This document shows, piece after piece, positions 41,321-53,089 of a stretch of 64,000 bases of DNA (position 1 is its first letter; every line of letters starts with the position of its first letter). The notes beneath the pieces are model-generated. The model made no database searches and had not been told where the DNA came from. It saw nothing but the letters and a program-made list of their open reading frames with translations. This DNA is from Eledone cirrhosa (taxonomy: Eukaryota), in the NCBI GenBank assembly GCA_964016885.1, contig OZ024746.1, positions 55,490,001-55,554,000 on the forward strand, written 5' to 3'. Position numbers and translations under genes: made by a program.

Positions 41321-44300
41321 TCTATCTAAGGCGGGTAAAATTCCCGAGATCCATGGACGAGTTCTCTCCAGCGGTCTCTGTCCCTCATTATCGCTGCCAT
41401 ATCCTGCATCTCCAACAGACCAGTGTCTGTCCTTAGGGCATCAACATATGTTAACCTTGGTCTTCCTCTTCTAGTGTGTCCATGTAGGGGCTCCCAAAGG
41501 AGCACTGAGTGCAATGTCAACTCTGGATGTCGGTGAGCATGTCCAGCCAACCTCAGTCTCCTCTGTGTCACTTTTGAGCTGACTTTTGGGATGCTCCCAT
41601 ACAGCTCTGAGTTTTTCATCCTCAGTGTATACTGATTAATGTTCAGAGCCATCCTCAGCATTCTCGTGTAGCACCCATCCACCATCTGAGTGAGTCTCTT
41701 GGTCAGTGTCCAAGTCTCAGACCCATACAGCAGCACAGACTCCACTACAGCAATGAAGAGGCGGACTTTCAGGTCTCTACGAAGGTCCGACCTCCACACC
41801 GATCTCAAGCTGTGACACGCCGCCCAGGCCTTGCTCTTCCTCCCAACCACATCATCTTCCGTATTCCCAATCTTTGCTCCCAAATACAGGAAGTCCTCAA
41901 CCAATTCCAGCGGCTTCCCGCCTACATTAGTGATCCCCTCTGGCTTCTCAACATTCTCCACCAGATATTTTGTTTTAGTCTCATTCATTCTCAGCCCCAC
42001 ACTCATCGACACAGTCTCAACCTCCCGCATCAAATCCTCTGCCTCCTTCACTGTATTTGTCACCAAAACTATGTCGTCGGCAAATTCAGCATCCGATACC
42101 TTTTTCGCCCCAACTCTCCTGCTCTGAGCCGGTGCTACAGTAAAGCCAGTGTCCTGGTATTTCTCCAGTGCAAGGCGCATACAATAGTCCACTACGATGA
42201 TAAAAAGGTAGGGAGCCAATGTATCTCCCTGGAGCACTCCAGCCAGTATCTCAAAGAACTCTGTCATCCCATCAGGTGTAATGACTTGGGCTTTCGTGTT
42301 GGTGTAGAGCAGTGATATCAGGTCCACTATCCTCTTGGGGATTCCATAAGCCTGTAAGATATTCATCAGGCAGTAACGGTCCACAGAATCAAAGGCCTTC
42401 CTAAAGTCAATGAAAACCATGACCGCAGGAAGGCACTTTGCTCTAGCTCCCTCTAATATCCTCCTCAGCATCAGGATGTGACTGGTGGTTGATCTACCCT
42501 CTCTGAAGCCGTTCTGGTTGTCCCTGAGCTTCTTCTCCATCTCAGGCTGGATCCTGTTAAGAATCATCCTGTTGAGGGTCTTTGCCACAAGTGACGTCAG
42601 TGAGATCCCCCAGTAGTTGTTGGTGTTAGAGAGATCTCCCTTCTTTGGCACTGGGACGATGTTACTGATCCTCCACTGATTCGGGGCAACTCCTTTCTCC
42701 AGTGCCCCGTTACAGAACCCCAGGATGATATCATCAAAATCACACCTCTTCATCACCTCTGATGCCACTCCATCCTCTCCATGAGCCTTGCCCTCCTTGA
42801 TCTTCTTCTTGGCTCTCTGAAGCTCCTCTCTGGTGAAGGGCTCTGTCTCAACATCCAGTTCCTCAAACAGCCGCCTGATCTCCCCACTGCTCTGGGCTAT
42901 GGAGGGTGGCTCTCCTAGTAGGGTCCTAAAATGGTCTAGCCATTTCCTCTTCCTATCCTCGGGCCCCGTTCCCTGGATCTGACTCGAACACCTTTTCTTC
43001 CTCCCTGTGATCTCGTTGATGATCATCCAGCTCTCCTTACATCCAGATCTGTCAACCGCTCTCTCCACACTTCTGATCTTCTCTATCAGTGCCTCCTCTC
43101 TGACCTCAGTGTAAGCGGTACAGAGCTCTTCCCTCATCACCTCCACAGTCTCCATCCTCTCCTCCGTAGGATCAGCATAGAATTGGTCCCTGGCAGCTTT
43201 CAGGTGTTCTCTGGCTGCACACACTTTTGGGTTTGCAGAGCTGACGTGCTTCCCTTTGTTCTCTTTCCTCGGCACCAGGGTTTCACTTGCTTTCGCCACT
43301 GCATTGGTGAAGTGCCCGTACCTCCTCGTCACACTCTCCTCAGTCCATCCAATCTCTCTCTCCTCTGACTCTCCACACAGAGCACTAAACCTGTTTCTCA
43401 CTTCCACTGTGAACCTCTCCTGTAGCTTATCATCTTCCTTGAAAGCTCCCCAGTCATAGATTGTTCTCCGGGGCTGAGCCTTGCTCTTTCTTAAGCTCAC
43501 GCGGACCTCACTCATAACAAGCCGGTGGTCACTACCCAGTGTACTGAAATAGCTGTATGGTTCCGTGTTCAGAACACTATTCCGCCACTTTTTCCTCACC
43601 AGAATGAAATCAATCTGGGACTTGGACAGGTGCATAACTGAGATGTAGGTCCACATCTTCCCCAGATTCTTCCCAAACCTTAGGTTGGTTGCCATCAAGT
43701 TCGCCTCCAGCAGGGTGTCTCTCAGTAGTCTTCCATTTCGGTTGGTGTTGTTATGGAAGTACCAGCAAGGATCTTCACTGCCCTCCTTACTCAGATGTGC
43801 ATTGAAGTCCCCCAAAACAAGCAGGATATTGTGTGCCTGAGTGGTGTTGACAGCCCCACACACCTCCTCATGGAACTCCTCGGCATTCACATCACTGTCC
43901 CCCTCAGTTGGACTATAGGCTGAGATGACTGTCAGTCTTGGGTTTCCATTGAAGGTCACCCTCAACACTCGCGGGGAGATAGGCATTATTTCCCTCACCA
44001 ACAGATTGATTTTTGCACTGAACACAAAACCCACTCCTCCTACTGCAGCATTTGTTGTGTTCTTCACTGCCGATGTAGTGATGAGCTGGCTCTTCCTCCC
44101 GATCATCACACTCCTCACGGGCTCATCGTGTAGAATCCTGTGTTCTTGGATCGCAAGTATCTGTATACCACTCTCCTCGAACAGATGTCCCAACTCCTCT
44201 CTCTTCTCCAGCGTCCGAATAGTCCTCACATTCAAAGTGCCCATTTTGATGGCTCTTCTGCAGGACAAAACTGCATTCTTTATATTTGTCTCAGAGACAG

Positions 44301-44636
44301 CTGATCCATCATCCACTGGCCCTCTCTGTGGCTCTAAGCCAGCAGAGTCATAACGACCAGGCTGCTCCTTGACAGCGTAATTAGGGGCTCTAACCCTAGT
44401 GCTGTTAGATCGACTCTCCATATTTCTTTTCAATGGCTGACAATACCTTACCGGCGCCACTCGAATAAGGTAGTTATTTAACCCATAAATGGAGCCCTAA
44501 CAGGTACTACCACCCCGGGCCAGGGCAGACCTGGGAGTCATGACAACTAAGGGGTAACTCCACATTCCCCACATCTCCTGAACTCCCGAACTGGAGCCTT
44601 GCCACTGGATGTAGTTTAATGTCATACTCAGGACAG
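41321..44636 (-). mobile_element. Full-length RTE-clade LINE with 11-bp TSD and (TAGA)n tail
   Basis: TSD agaccaactta at 41310-41320 and 44637-44647. Single APE-RT ORF with a ~175-nt 5' UTR. Confidence 0.92.
41326..44460 (-). CDS. RTE retrotransposon APE endonuclease-reverse transcriptase polyprotein (1044 aa, uninterrupted)
   Basis: APE motifs TLNVRT, LAIQEH, SAYSPT, LGDFNAH, SQIDFIL, SDH. RT motifs QNGFR, FIDFRKAFDSV, GVLQGDTLAP, FADD, FLYLG. RTE-type C-terminus LLYGSETW, RLRLAGH, GRPR. Confidence 0.95.
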   Translation of the reverse strand: MAPVRYCQPLKRNMESRSNSTRVRAPNYAVKEQPGRYDSAGLEPQRGPVDDGSAVSETNIKNAVLSCRRAIKMGTLNVRTIRTLEKREELGHLFEESGIQILAIQEHRILHDEPVRSVMIGRKSQLITTSAVKNTTNAAVGGVGFVFSAKINLLVREIMPISPRVLRVTFNGNPRLTVISAYSPTEGDSDVNAEEFHEEVCGAVNTTQAHNILLVLGDFNAHLSKEGSEDPCWYFHNNTNRNGRLLRDTLLEANLMATNLRFGKNLGKMWTYISVMHLSKSQIDFILVRKKWRNSVLNTEPYSYFSTLGSDHRLVMSEVRVSLRKSKAQPRRTIYDWGAFKEDDKLQERFTVEVRNRFSALCGESEEREIGWTEESVTRRYGHFTNAVAKASETLVPRKENKGKHVSSANPKVCAAREHLKAARDQFYADPTEERMETVEVMREELCTAYTEVREEALIEKIRSVERAVDRSGCKESWMIINEITGRKKRCSSQIQGTGPEDRKRKWLDHFRTLLGEPPSIAQSSGEIRRLFEELDVETEPFTREELQRAKKKIKEGKAHGEDGVASEVMKRCDFDDIILGFCNGALEKGVAPNQWRISNIVPVPKKGDLSNTNNYWGISLTSLVAKTLNRMILNRIQPEMEKKLRDNQNGFREGRSTTSHILMLRRILEGARAKCLPAVMVFIDFRKAFDSVDRYCLMNILQAYGIPKRIVDLISLLYTNTKAQVITPDGMTEFFEILAGVLQGDTLAPYLFIIVVDYCMRLALEKYQDTGFTVAPAQSRRVGAKKVSDAEFADDIVLVTNTVKEAEDLMREVETVSMSVGLRMNETKTKYLVENVEKPEGITNVGGKPLELVEDFLYLGAKIGNTEDDVVGRKSKAWAACHSLRSVWRSDLRRDLKVRLFIAVVESVLLYGSETWTLTKRLTQMVDGCYTRMLRMALNINQYTLRMKNSELYGSIPKVSSKVTQRRLRLAGHAHRHPELTLHSVLLWEPLHGHTRRGRPRLTYVDALRTDTGLLEMQDMAAIMRDRDRWRELVHGSREFYPP

Positions 44637-44777
44637 AGACCAACTTAATGCTCGAAAAAAATGCTCGAAAAAAATCAAATTTGAGGGATTTAGTGAAAAT
44701 GACTCATTTTTCGAGCATTAAGACCAACTTAATGCTCGAAAAATGAGTCATTTTCACTAAATCCCTCAAATTTGATT
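44637..44777. repeat. Templated duplication and perfect 50-bp inverted repeat at the RTE 5' junction
   Basis: Arms 44673-44722 and 44728-44777, loop ACCAA. Third copy of the TSD at 44721-44731. Confidence 0.9.
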
Positions 44778-45577
44778 AATTTCCACATTAATTGTAAAAT
44801 AGAAGCCGTACCTTTGATTGTAAAATACCGTAACGAAAGTGTGATATTCGTTTAATTGATAAGCAAAGTATCTTCCCTCATTATAAATTAGACTTTCCAG
44901 CTTAAAATGTAACCTTAGGCTTAAAGTGTCACTATTTAATACCACCATCTATCTCAAACATAATGGAGTCTACTCCATTGCAAATATTCTCACCAGGATC
45001 TTATCTGATGCCTGACTATGAATTGTATTATTTTCTGGCCTGCGTTAACCTAAACGTATGTTGGGTTCGTGTGCTGTTAAACAATGTTTAGCGCCTGCTT
45101 CGCTTCTTTATTCCCTAAACCAGCAAAACAAGGAAATAATAATAATAAAACAGCATATTATTGTACGTAGGATAAAATAATGCATAACTAAAGAGATCTT
45201 TGTTAGATTTCAGTAAAGAATTAGATTTTTCCCAAGTGTATTACCACTTAGACAGGAATGGTTCCTAACTGTCTGATTTACATAGGTAAGTGATAATCAA
45301 GTATATTCTTTAATTGGTATGAGTCCCTATAAATAAACACTCACAAACAACAGATACCAAATTGCAACCACTCTAGACAGAAAACAAATGGGGAAAATAT
45401 AAGAAGACAAAATTAAACCATGGAAGACAAAGTTCACTAAATCTACAGAACAGAACTGTCAAAGCCAGAATATCTATAGACATTCTGGTAGATAGAGAGA
45501 GAAAAAATGGTTTTAATTCTAATATATTTTCACCTATATTACTATGGCGGCTATGGATGATCTGGAGGAGGGGTATA

Positions 45578-45687
45578 ACAATGATAATGATGGTTGTCGT
45601 GATGATGATGTTGATGTTGATGATGATGATGTTGATGATGATTGATGATGATGATGACGATGATGATGATAGTGATGAGGATGATGG

Positions 45688-45730
<43 letters not shown>

Positions 45731-45832
45731 AGTGATGCGGATGATGGTGATGATGGTGATTATGAGGATGATGATGATGATGATGATGATGAGGATGGTG
45801 GTGATGATGATGATGATGATAATAATAATAAT
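45578..45832. repeat. (GAT)n microsatellite
   Basis: Direct inspection. Confidence 0.95.
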
Positions 45833-46012
45833 GAGAAAGACCGATAAAAAAGTTGAAAACTATTCATGAAAGCTACCAACATTACACACACAAAAACAAA
45901 CTATATATCATAGAAATTTCTAAATATATGAAATAAAATGAATCTAGGAAAAAAAGTAAGAATTACAACAACAATTACCACAGCAATAACAAAAATATTA
46001 TCAGAAACATCT

Positions 46013-46013
46013 A

Positions 46014-46046
<33 letters not shown>

Positions 46047-46087
46047 GCTGCTACTACTACTACTACTACTACTGCTACTACTACTAT

Positions 46088-46122
<35 letters not shown>

Positions 46123-46170
46123 TAACAACAACCACAGCAACAATAACAACAGTAACAATAACAACAGCAT
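46013..46170. repeat. (TAC)n/(AAC)n microsatellite
   Basis: Direct inspection. Confidence 0.9.
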
Positions 46171-46686
46171 TGAGTAGCAGAAGGAATGATGGCAGATGTG
46201 ATGGGGAAGGATAATGGATTTTTAGATATTTTAAACAATGGCAAGGAACATAATTAAATTATGCTCACAAAGTTATCTTTTAAATGGGTTTTTATTTTTA
46301 CTTTCAGTTTATTTTGAATCAATATTCCTACTATAGTGGCATTTATTGCTCTGTAGAACGTAACAAGGTCTAAAAATATTGAGCCTGATGGAAATAAGAA
46401 GAGTTGGAGTGAGAGAGAATGAACGAGAGATGAATGAGGAAAATCAGACATAGAGATAGATAAAGAGAGAGGGTGAGAGAGAGAGATATAGATGAGGGGG
46501 GGGGGTGTAAGGGAGAGGGGTGAGAACGAGAGGAAGAGTGAAATAGTCAGAGACTTATAAATGAAATAAATGGAGAGAGACAGAAACACTGATATAGTGA
46601 AGGAATGAGGGGGAAATTGAGAAATAGAAAGAAAAGGACTTTATAATTATATAGTAAATACATAATTGTAAAGGGAGTGAAACAAA

Positions 46687-46720
<34 letters not shown>

Positions 46721-47644
46721 TCACGCACACACACGCCCCCCCACCCCCCACCCACACATATATGATCTCTCTCTCTATATATATATATGAAGTATGGCAG
46801 CTGGTGAGCCACAGGTCCATTAGCCAGAGAACAACGTCTGTTCAATCATCATGGACATCTGATCACAATACTTATCTATCTTATCTATTACCTTAATGCA
46901 TTACTTATCTAATACCACTGCTCATCACACTCTCATCTTCTCCCTTCCTCCCTTCAGTTGGTGTATATGTAGCTATTACTAAATCTACCTCTTGGTCACC
47001 TACGTTCCACCGCACTCATTCTATACCTTTCTATGTTGCTTATATTTGCTTTTATGTAAATTATCTGGAGGAATTTCGAAATTTTACATTATTTGAATCC
47101 TCACAAGGATTTACTTAAAGATTTGACATATCCATACCATCCATTCAGTTCCTTTAAATTAACATATTTGTCTTACTTGTCTGAATGTACTACATATGGG
47201 TAGATTTTATATTTTATGCCTTCATTGCACCATTTCCAAATGTCTTTTCACATAACAAATACATATAAATTTTCGCGTTACAGCTCGAAGAAATAAAACA
47301 AAATTATTACTGGTATATTGCTGGCATTTTCCCAATATACGGATGTGAAAAATGCCTCTGTAGAAATGGGTCCAGACATGTTTTAAGAATTGTTGTATTT
47401 CCATGGAATGTTTAATTGGCGACATTCTGTTTTCTATTCATGTTTGTGTCAGGTGTTGGTGTCGTATATATATAGTTAGTAGAGAATTGTAGAGAAGAAC
47501 AAAAGGCATCACATCATTTTAAAGGTTCTCGGCAGTGTAAGTTTAAATGCGGGCATAGCCCTCTTTGCCTATTTTCGTCTTTGGGGTCGTCTAAATATGT
47601 ACAGAAATGCAACACGAACTCCTTAATATTTATTATTATTAAGA

Positions 47645-47840
47645 TGGGGGTGGATTGGCAGTATCGGTAGAGGGTCGGACGCCATGCTTTGAAGCATAGA
47701 CTTACCTCCCTTTATGATCTGAGTTGAAATCCCGCCGAGGTTAACTTTGCCTTTCATCCTTACGGGGTCGATAAAATAAAGTAGCAGTAATGCACTGGGT
47801 AATTGCTGGCCTTGTGCCAAAAGTAGAAACAATTATTATT
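47645..47840 (+). mobile_element. Family A SINE
   Basis: Full head, core and tail. Confidence 0.9.
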
Positions 47841-47931
47841 AAGTACTCATTTAAATTTAGTTTCTCTAAAACTTAACAAAGAAATATTTCATCTTATATC
47901 TCTCAACCTGTCTAACCAACTATCTATCTAT

Positions 47932-50900
47932 GAGTGTTTTCTTCTCCTCTTTTAAATTTTCAGAACCAACATGGCCAGTATAAGAGTTGGGTGCGTGAAT
48001 GTACACGGCCTGTGGATGCCCTGGAAACAGGGCAAACACATAAACGACCTCAGGTCGCACAGTATGGATGTAGTAGCCATTTGCGAGTCCAGGATCCACA
48101 GCGAGCGACAGCTAGCCCCATCTTCGATGACTTTGAGATCTACGCATCTCTCTGTCGGCCGGGAGGTGGGGGCGGTGTTGCTGTTTCGCTGCGAAAACAA
48201 CTGGGAATCGTAACACAGACGGTACATCTGGACCCAGAGGGTCGACTGGTGGTCCTAGACGTTGACGGTAGTGAAGGTGGAGCCTTCAGGCTGGTGGCTA
48301 CATATGCCCAATCCGGCACACCGCGGCCAGACATCTTCAAACGTCTAAAGACTTTTCTGGGAACGTCCCGCTCCGTGCTTTTAGTGGGGAACTGGAATGG
48401 AATCCTAGATGCACGTTGGGACTATGTGGGAGCATGTCCCGATAAAGGGGGGTGTAACAGCTTCAAACAGTTAATCGACTGATTTGACCTGGCCGATATA
48501 TATAGACTAGATTTTCAAACTGTGCCACTGTGGACGTTGACTAATCACAGCGGAACATCTAGATCGTACCTAGATAGGGCTCTAGTTAGAAATAATGATG
48601 TTAAGCTGTCCACAAAGGTTCATGGTTGCCTATTCAGATCACAACCTAGTTACCTGCATGGCCAACCTTGATAGAACCCATAGACAAGGACCCGGCTACT
48701 TAAAGCTGAACTTGGCGTTACCGACATGCAAAGCCTACAGTAGACGGATTTGCACTTTAGTTAAACAGCACTTGACAGGGGCCATTGTCAACAACAGATG
48801 GTGGTACTCTCTCAAGGAGGCAGTTAGATTAGAGTCGTTAGTTTTTAGTAAAGAATTAGCGTTAGATAGAAAAAGAACCGAGAAGGAACTGGTAGATAAA
48901 GTAGAAGAGGCAATTAGAAGTGGCAACGTAGCTAGCGTGCTAGCAACGAGAACGGCCTTGGACCAGTTCTTCGACGCAAAGCATGAGGGCTGCGTTATCA
49001 GAAGCAAAATACGTGCTCTGAGAAACGAGGGAGCCAAAGCTGTTAGCTGGGCCCGTGTGACGGAGGCAAAAAGTGGCAACACGTCCACGATTCGGTCTTT
49101 GAAAGACCAAAACGGACGCCTGATACGTGAGCCGAAGCAGATGTGTTTGGCCTTTCAGCGGCACTTTGCTCAACTGTTCGGACAGGGCGGCGCGCCGGGA
49201 GAGGCTATGGATTTCGGTCCACACCTCGACGGCCTACCGCGACTCTCGGACGGTGAGGCAAAGTTCTGCGAAAAGCCGATTTCAGCCGCTGAGATAGGGG
49301 ACGCGCTGAGCCAATGCGGCAAACGCAAATCTCCAGGTCTCGACGGTCTACCCTACGAATTTTACGTAGCAATGCCGGACTTATTCTCCGGTCTACTGCA
49401 ACTGGCAACAGAACGGGAGAATTCCCAATCTGTGACCGGGGGCGTAGTCACACTACTCAGGAAGGACGAGAATAAGGGGGATGACATAGGCAACTTCCGG
49501 CCCATAACTTTGCTAAACACAGAGTTACAGATGTTGGCCAAGGTGTTGGCAAAGAGGCTGGCGCTTGTCGTCGAGAACCTGGTGGGAGAAGCGCAGACAT
49601 GCGCAATCCCGACCAGGTCCATACACGACAACCTCCACCTCATGCGATACATCATAGAGAGGGTAGGATGTAAACCTGGCTTCGATGGGGCGCGGATCAA
49701 CTTGGATCAGTCTAAGGCTTTCGATAGGGTTGACCATCGTTACCTGGATGCGGCGCTCGAGGCGGCAGGCTTCGGACCCTTGTTCAGCGGCTGGATTGCT
49801 GCAATGCACAACAGCAACATCTACTCAAGCGTTAAGGTGAACGGCTACCTCTCGGAGCCGTTCCATATCACGCGATCCATTCGACAGGGATGCCCTCTCT
49901 CCTCCCTTTTGTACGTACTGACTCTGGAGCCACTACTGCGGAAGTTGGACCTATTGCAGGGCATCCCTCTGGAACGGGAACTGCGGAAAGCGTCGCCAGC
50001 CTACGCCGACGACGTGACAGTAATGGTTTCGAGCGCCTCGCAAATCGAGGAAGTCGGCACCTTACTGAAGGAATACGAAAGGTTCACAGGAGCGAAGCTG
50101 AACCGGGACAAGACCATAGGTTTGCAATTCGGATCGTGGAGAGGCAGACCGATGCCTTCCGATGGCGTCGTCGGACTCTGGACGGAAGGACCAGTAAAGC
50201 TGCTCGGGGTCTGATTTGGTCCGGACCTCCAGGTGGAGAAGAACTGGAACGAGGTGTCGGCCAAGGTGTTTGCACTCACCCAGAAGTGGGCCGAGTGCAA
50301 ACTATCATTGAAAGGTCGAGCGGAGGTGGCGAACACTTTTATAGCGTCCGCCATCTACTACCGCTTGACCGTCGTGCCTTGTCCAGCCAAAACGCTCGCC
50401 AGAATTCAGCGCGCGCTCTTCCATTTCCTTTGGAAGAGGCGGGCTCCTTTGGTGAGAATATCCATCTGCTGCCAACACACTTCCATCGGAGGTCTGGGGA
50501 TGCCGTGGCTGACGATGCGCAAACACGCGCTCAGGCTGCGGCATCTCTACGTATTCCTCACCGGACAACCGGTGTGGGCCCCGTTCGTGAGGTTAGCCTT
50601 CCCACGACTCGTCTCGCTGACCGAGCTGCAGTCCTGGTCAAGCAAAGACCGAGGAAAATGGGCGACTGGCACATCGAATGTGCTCAGGGGCTCACAGCCC
50701 TCTGGCAGGCGGACCCGGCGATCAATGGAGACTCCACTTCGTCATTCTATATAGGGTTGATCCGCAGTAAGTGTCACGACGTGCTCGGTGAAACTCTAGG
50801 CGTAGAGGAAGACGAACTGGCCAGTCTGTTCGGTAGGACCTTCCGCCCGGGACCGATGGACAACATCCAAATGTCCCTGGCCTGGCAGTGCTACCGAGGA

Positions 50901-51620
50901 GCCCTACCAGTTCGAGACAAGCTCTACAGACATGGGCACCCGGGCAAGGACCCTGAAAAAAGATCTGTCCGACGTGCGTGCGAGACGAGGAAACCATAGC
51001 GCTCGCATTCATACACTGCCCGGGCGTCACCGGCCTGAGGGGCTATGTAGAACGACTATTGTCGCGGGTGGGACCAATCCGGTTGGCCACCGAATCCATT
51101 GTCATGATCAAACCGCCACCCTCCTTCAAAAACGAAGGAGAGGCGGTTTTCCTTTGTGTGATAGCTATGGCGAAAGAGGTTGTATGGTGGACAACGTTGA
51201 AAGAGCTGAGGTCAGACACCTTTCTCTCCAGCCAACAACTGATTCTTTTTTTCAAATACCACTTTGGAAGAAAAATCAGGATGGAGAGAAAGGTGTGGTA
51301 CCCCAGCAAGTTTTATGAAAGGTGGGTGAAAGTGGCGAGAATGGCCCGAGTGGATAGGCCTTCTCTCTCTATCAGCCTGTAGGTTGAGGAAAAAGAGGAG
51401 GAGAGGAAAGGAATACAAACTCTTCGTACTCCTGGAGTTGAGGGTTGCACATTTTTTGGGGGGGTATGTGTTACTCATATGTAATGTCTCCCCCTATTGG
51501 GGAACATCGACTAATTTTTAAATTACATTCGTGATAATATTTTACACGTTTTTATTGTATGTAAACTCCCCCCTTTGTATTTGTCCCCTTCCTTTTGCCC
51601 CTGTGGCTAATAAAGAAACA
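47932..51620 (+). mobile_element. Tx1/L1-clade LINE (ORF2 only, frameshifted) with TSD tatctatctat
   Basis: tatctatctat at 47921-47931 and 51621-51631. AATAAA at 51609-51614 just before the 3' end. Confidence 0.88.
47971..51382 (+). pseudogene. Tx1-like ORF2 (APE endonuclease, RT, C-terminal zinc knuckle), disrupted
   Basis: MASIRVGCVNVHGL, VGNWNG, SYLDR, SDH; KSPGLDGLPYEFY, NFRPITLLN, NLDQSKAFDRVDH, IRQGCPLS, AYADD; LSLKGR, GGLGMP. Confidence 0.9.
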
Positions 51621-51654
51621 TATCTATCTATATATATATACATAGAAGCATACC

Positions 51655-51735
<81 letters not shown>

Positions 51736-51859
51736 TAAATTTAATAAATTAAATAAATATATATATATGTACTTACATACATACATGCACCCATACACCC
51801 ACCCCCACCCCACACACATACGCACACACACACACATTGTTGAAATTGTGGGTGAACAT

Positions 51860-52790
51860 CTACGACGAATTGAAGCCCCTACATGTTGACTGAACAACTC
51901 TAATTAACAAAACCACGTTGTCAGAGGGGCAGCAACATAGGAGGAATATGGTTACAGTCTGGGTATACTACAAGAAGGCATTTGATTCTGTTCGCTATTC
52001 GTGTATGTTAGCGGCCTCAGTCTTGCTAAATTCATAACCACTATTATCAGAACCGTAGAGAACATATCTTCTTCTTTGCCTACTATCCTATATTTAAATA
52101 TAAAGAATGAGGACTCTATTTTCACTGATAAAATATAATATCGCAGCGGTATATTTCAAGGTGACTTTCTCCATGTGTTACTATTTATTTTGTCATTAAA
52201 CCCCTTGACCTCTATGTCCAGGAAATGTGAAGGATACATTATTGGCTGACAGAAGAAAATGAATACAAACCTAACGACATAACATCTTTGTGGATGAAAT
52301 GAAACTCTATGCCAAAAATTTAAATGAGATACAGAAAAGCCTTGACTTTGTTACGACATTCTAGAAAGACATAGAAATAAAATTTGGCCAGGATAAATGT
52401 TCATATATTATTGTAAAGCGAGGAAATGTTACAAGCCAATCTAACAACATTTTTTTTATTAATGGCATAACTGTTCCACCGATATATGACGTGGACTGCT
52501 ACAGTTAACTAGGGATAGATGAGAATATATCATATGATGGTATTTGTAATAATGAACACGTAATTACACCCGATTAAATAATATATGGTCATCTGAAATC
52601 TCTGCGCACAATAAAACAATGGCTAACAATGTGTTTGCTGGGACTGACATAACACAAGCATGTGGAATCCTCGATTGGGTGATAGATGTAATCCAAGCTA
52701 TCGATGTTAAAACCTGAAAAATCTTAAACAACACGGATATGTGGGTAAGAAAATAATAGTAGGGCATAACCAGCCGTCAAGAAAACCAGA
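51860..52790 (+). mobile_element. Old R4/Dong-like RT relic
   Basis: Residual YKKAFDSV, GIFQGD, FVDEMKLYA, KFGQDKC motifs. Confidence 0.7.
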
Positions 52791-52992
52791 TGTAAATTAC
52801 AAGTATGGTTGTTGAATGGCATACATAAACTCGGTTGGTCTAATTTGGGGATACAGCTGGATCATTTGGAGCCTGTTGCTGCTGATAGTACACTCAGGAA
52901 CGTGTGTATGATGACTGTGAACCCAGGCCTCTTTCAGGAATAAGTGGGCAAAGAAAAGAAAGAAAAGAAGGTGAAAGTAAAAGAAGAACAAA

Positions 52993-53089
52993 AGAAGAAG
53001 AAGAAGAAGAAGAAGAAGAAGAAGAAGAAGAAGAAGAAGAAGAAGAAGAAGAAGAAGAAGAAGAAGAAGAAGAAGAAGAAGAAGAAGAA
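52993..53089. repeat. (GAA)n microsatellite
   Basis: Direct inspection. Confidence 0.97.

Noticed and set aside
41812-44353. Plus-strand ORFs overlapping the RTE
   Set aside because: Antisense shadows of the intact RTE ORF.
49890-50999. 369-aa ORF as an independent gene
   Set aside because: Alternative frame of Tx1 ORF2. Only its C-terminal part becomes the true frame after a frameshift.
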